Positions 63,038 through 64,000 of a DNA stretch of 64,000 nucleotides are shown piece after piece; position 1 is the stretch's first letter, and each line of letters opens with the position of its first letter. The notes under the pieces are model-generated. The model searched no databases. It was not told the DNA's origin and saw only the letters and a list, made by a program, of their open reading frames with translations. The position numbers and the translations under genes are program-made. The stretch is from Orbicella franksi (lineage: Eukaryota): positions 8,680,001 through 8,744,000 of the forward strand of contig OZ116707.1 of the NCBI GenBank assembly GCA_964199315.1, written 5' to 3'.

Positions 63038-64000
63038 CAGTCATTTTTGTTTATAATTTGTCATGACAACTAGAAAGAGAGAAAAAATATGCCAAATATG
63101 TTAATGCGTTGCAACCTGAAGATTCAGGCTCCGCAATATATAACAGGGGTGTGACGACCACATATGCATGTACAGTACTTGCCATGATCAGCACTGCTAA
63201 ACGTAAGAATTAGCTTGAAGAGTTTGAAAGTCGCAGCACTCCGAGTAAGGAAAGGCTGTCCTCTCTGGCAATTCTTTATATAAGAATAAGGATGACTTAT
63301 TATTGACAATGTTCTTGCAGAATTTTTTTATGAATTGTACCTTGATTAGGTTCTTTTGTTTGTCAACAATAGGATGGATGCTGGTTGGCATATGAAGTCT
63401 CTGGCAGAGTGCTTCTGGATTACAGCCACTCTTGTAGATGTGTTAATTTGGTTGATATAACAGGTTATGTCATTTTTAAAAGTTTTCTTATATGGCGACA
63501 GTTCCTTAGGTTATTTTTTTATTATAAAAAACATTGTAAAGAGATAATTAGAGGTTATTTGTTAAACCTTGGAATGAATTATTTTGTTGATTTCTTTCCT
63601 CTCCCAGTCCCCCACTTGAGGTTCTTCTTGGTTTATTCAGCAGATGTCAAAATATCAAAATATAAATAGTTATCATCTGTCACATAAGGCCTTCTAAAAT
63701 TAGCTTTTGGCATGTTAATTATTCAGTTGAGCATGCTGAACACAGCTTGTAAATTTCTCATTTGTAGTTTCATCTCTCAACTTAATTGCTTAAAGGACAA
63801 TTTTTTTTAGAGTTTTATCTGAACATAATTAATAAACACCACTTGGCTTTGAATTGAATTTTCTACAGTTGTCAGTATCACAATCCTTCAGAATATGTCA
63901 TTTTTCTGTCAGTGGTATTATTTTCCTATAGATGTGATTTGTGGTTGTACCTGATCACTTTAATTTATTTATTAATTAATGAAATGTTGTGCTTATTAGT

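Overview
AT-rich eukaryotic (animal) DNA with spliceosomal introns, made almost entirely of nested transposable elements. The repeat families look like those of a stony coral/cnidarian genome (inference). 1-36 kb: a 5'-truncated DIRS retroelement; a BEL/Pao LTR element interrupted by an L1/Tx1 LINE that is itself interrupted by a TTAA (Kolobok-type) element; a THAP gene broken by a solo LTR; and a Crypton-like tyrosine-recombinase gene split by a complete ISL2EU (PHIS/Harbinger group) transposon. The main result is a 22,802-bp DNA transposon at 36557-59358. It has ~1.5-kb terminal inverted repeats (TIRs) containing palindromic 24-bp minisatellites and an exact 8-bp target-site duplication (TSD, AACAAGTC). 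It encodes an intact 3-exon Merlin (IS1595/ISXO2-like) DDE transposase (301 aa). It carries cellular-type cargo: an intact 5-exon TRAF-like RING/zinc-finger/MATH gene (359 aa) whose stop codon lies inside the left TIR, and an ~18-exon gene of unknown function transcribed head-to-head with the transposase. The last 5 kb hold a KDZ/CxC-like transposase start and an inverted tRNA-derived repeat. All gene models were spliced by hand; no database searches were run.
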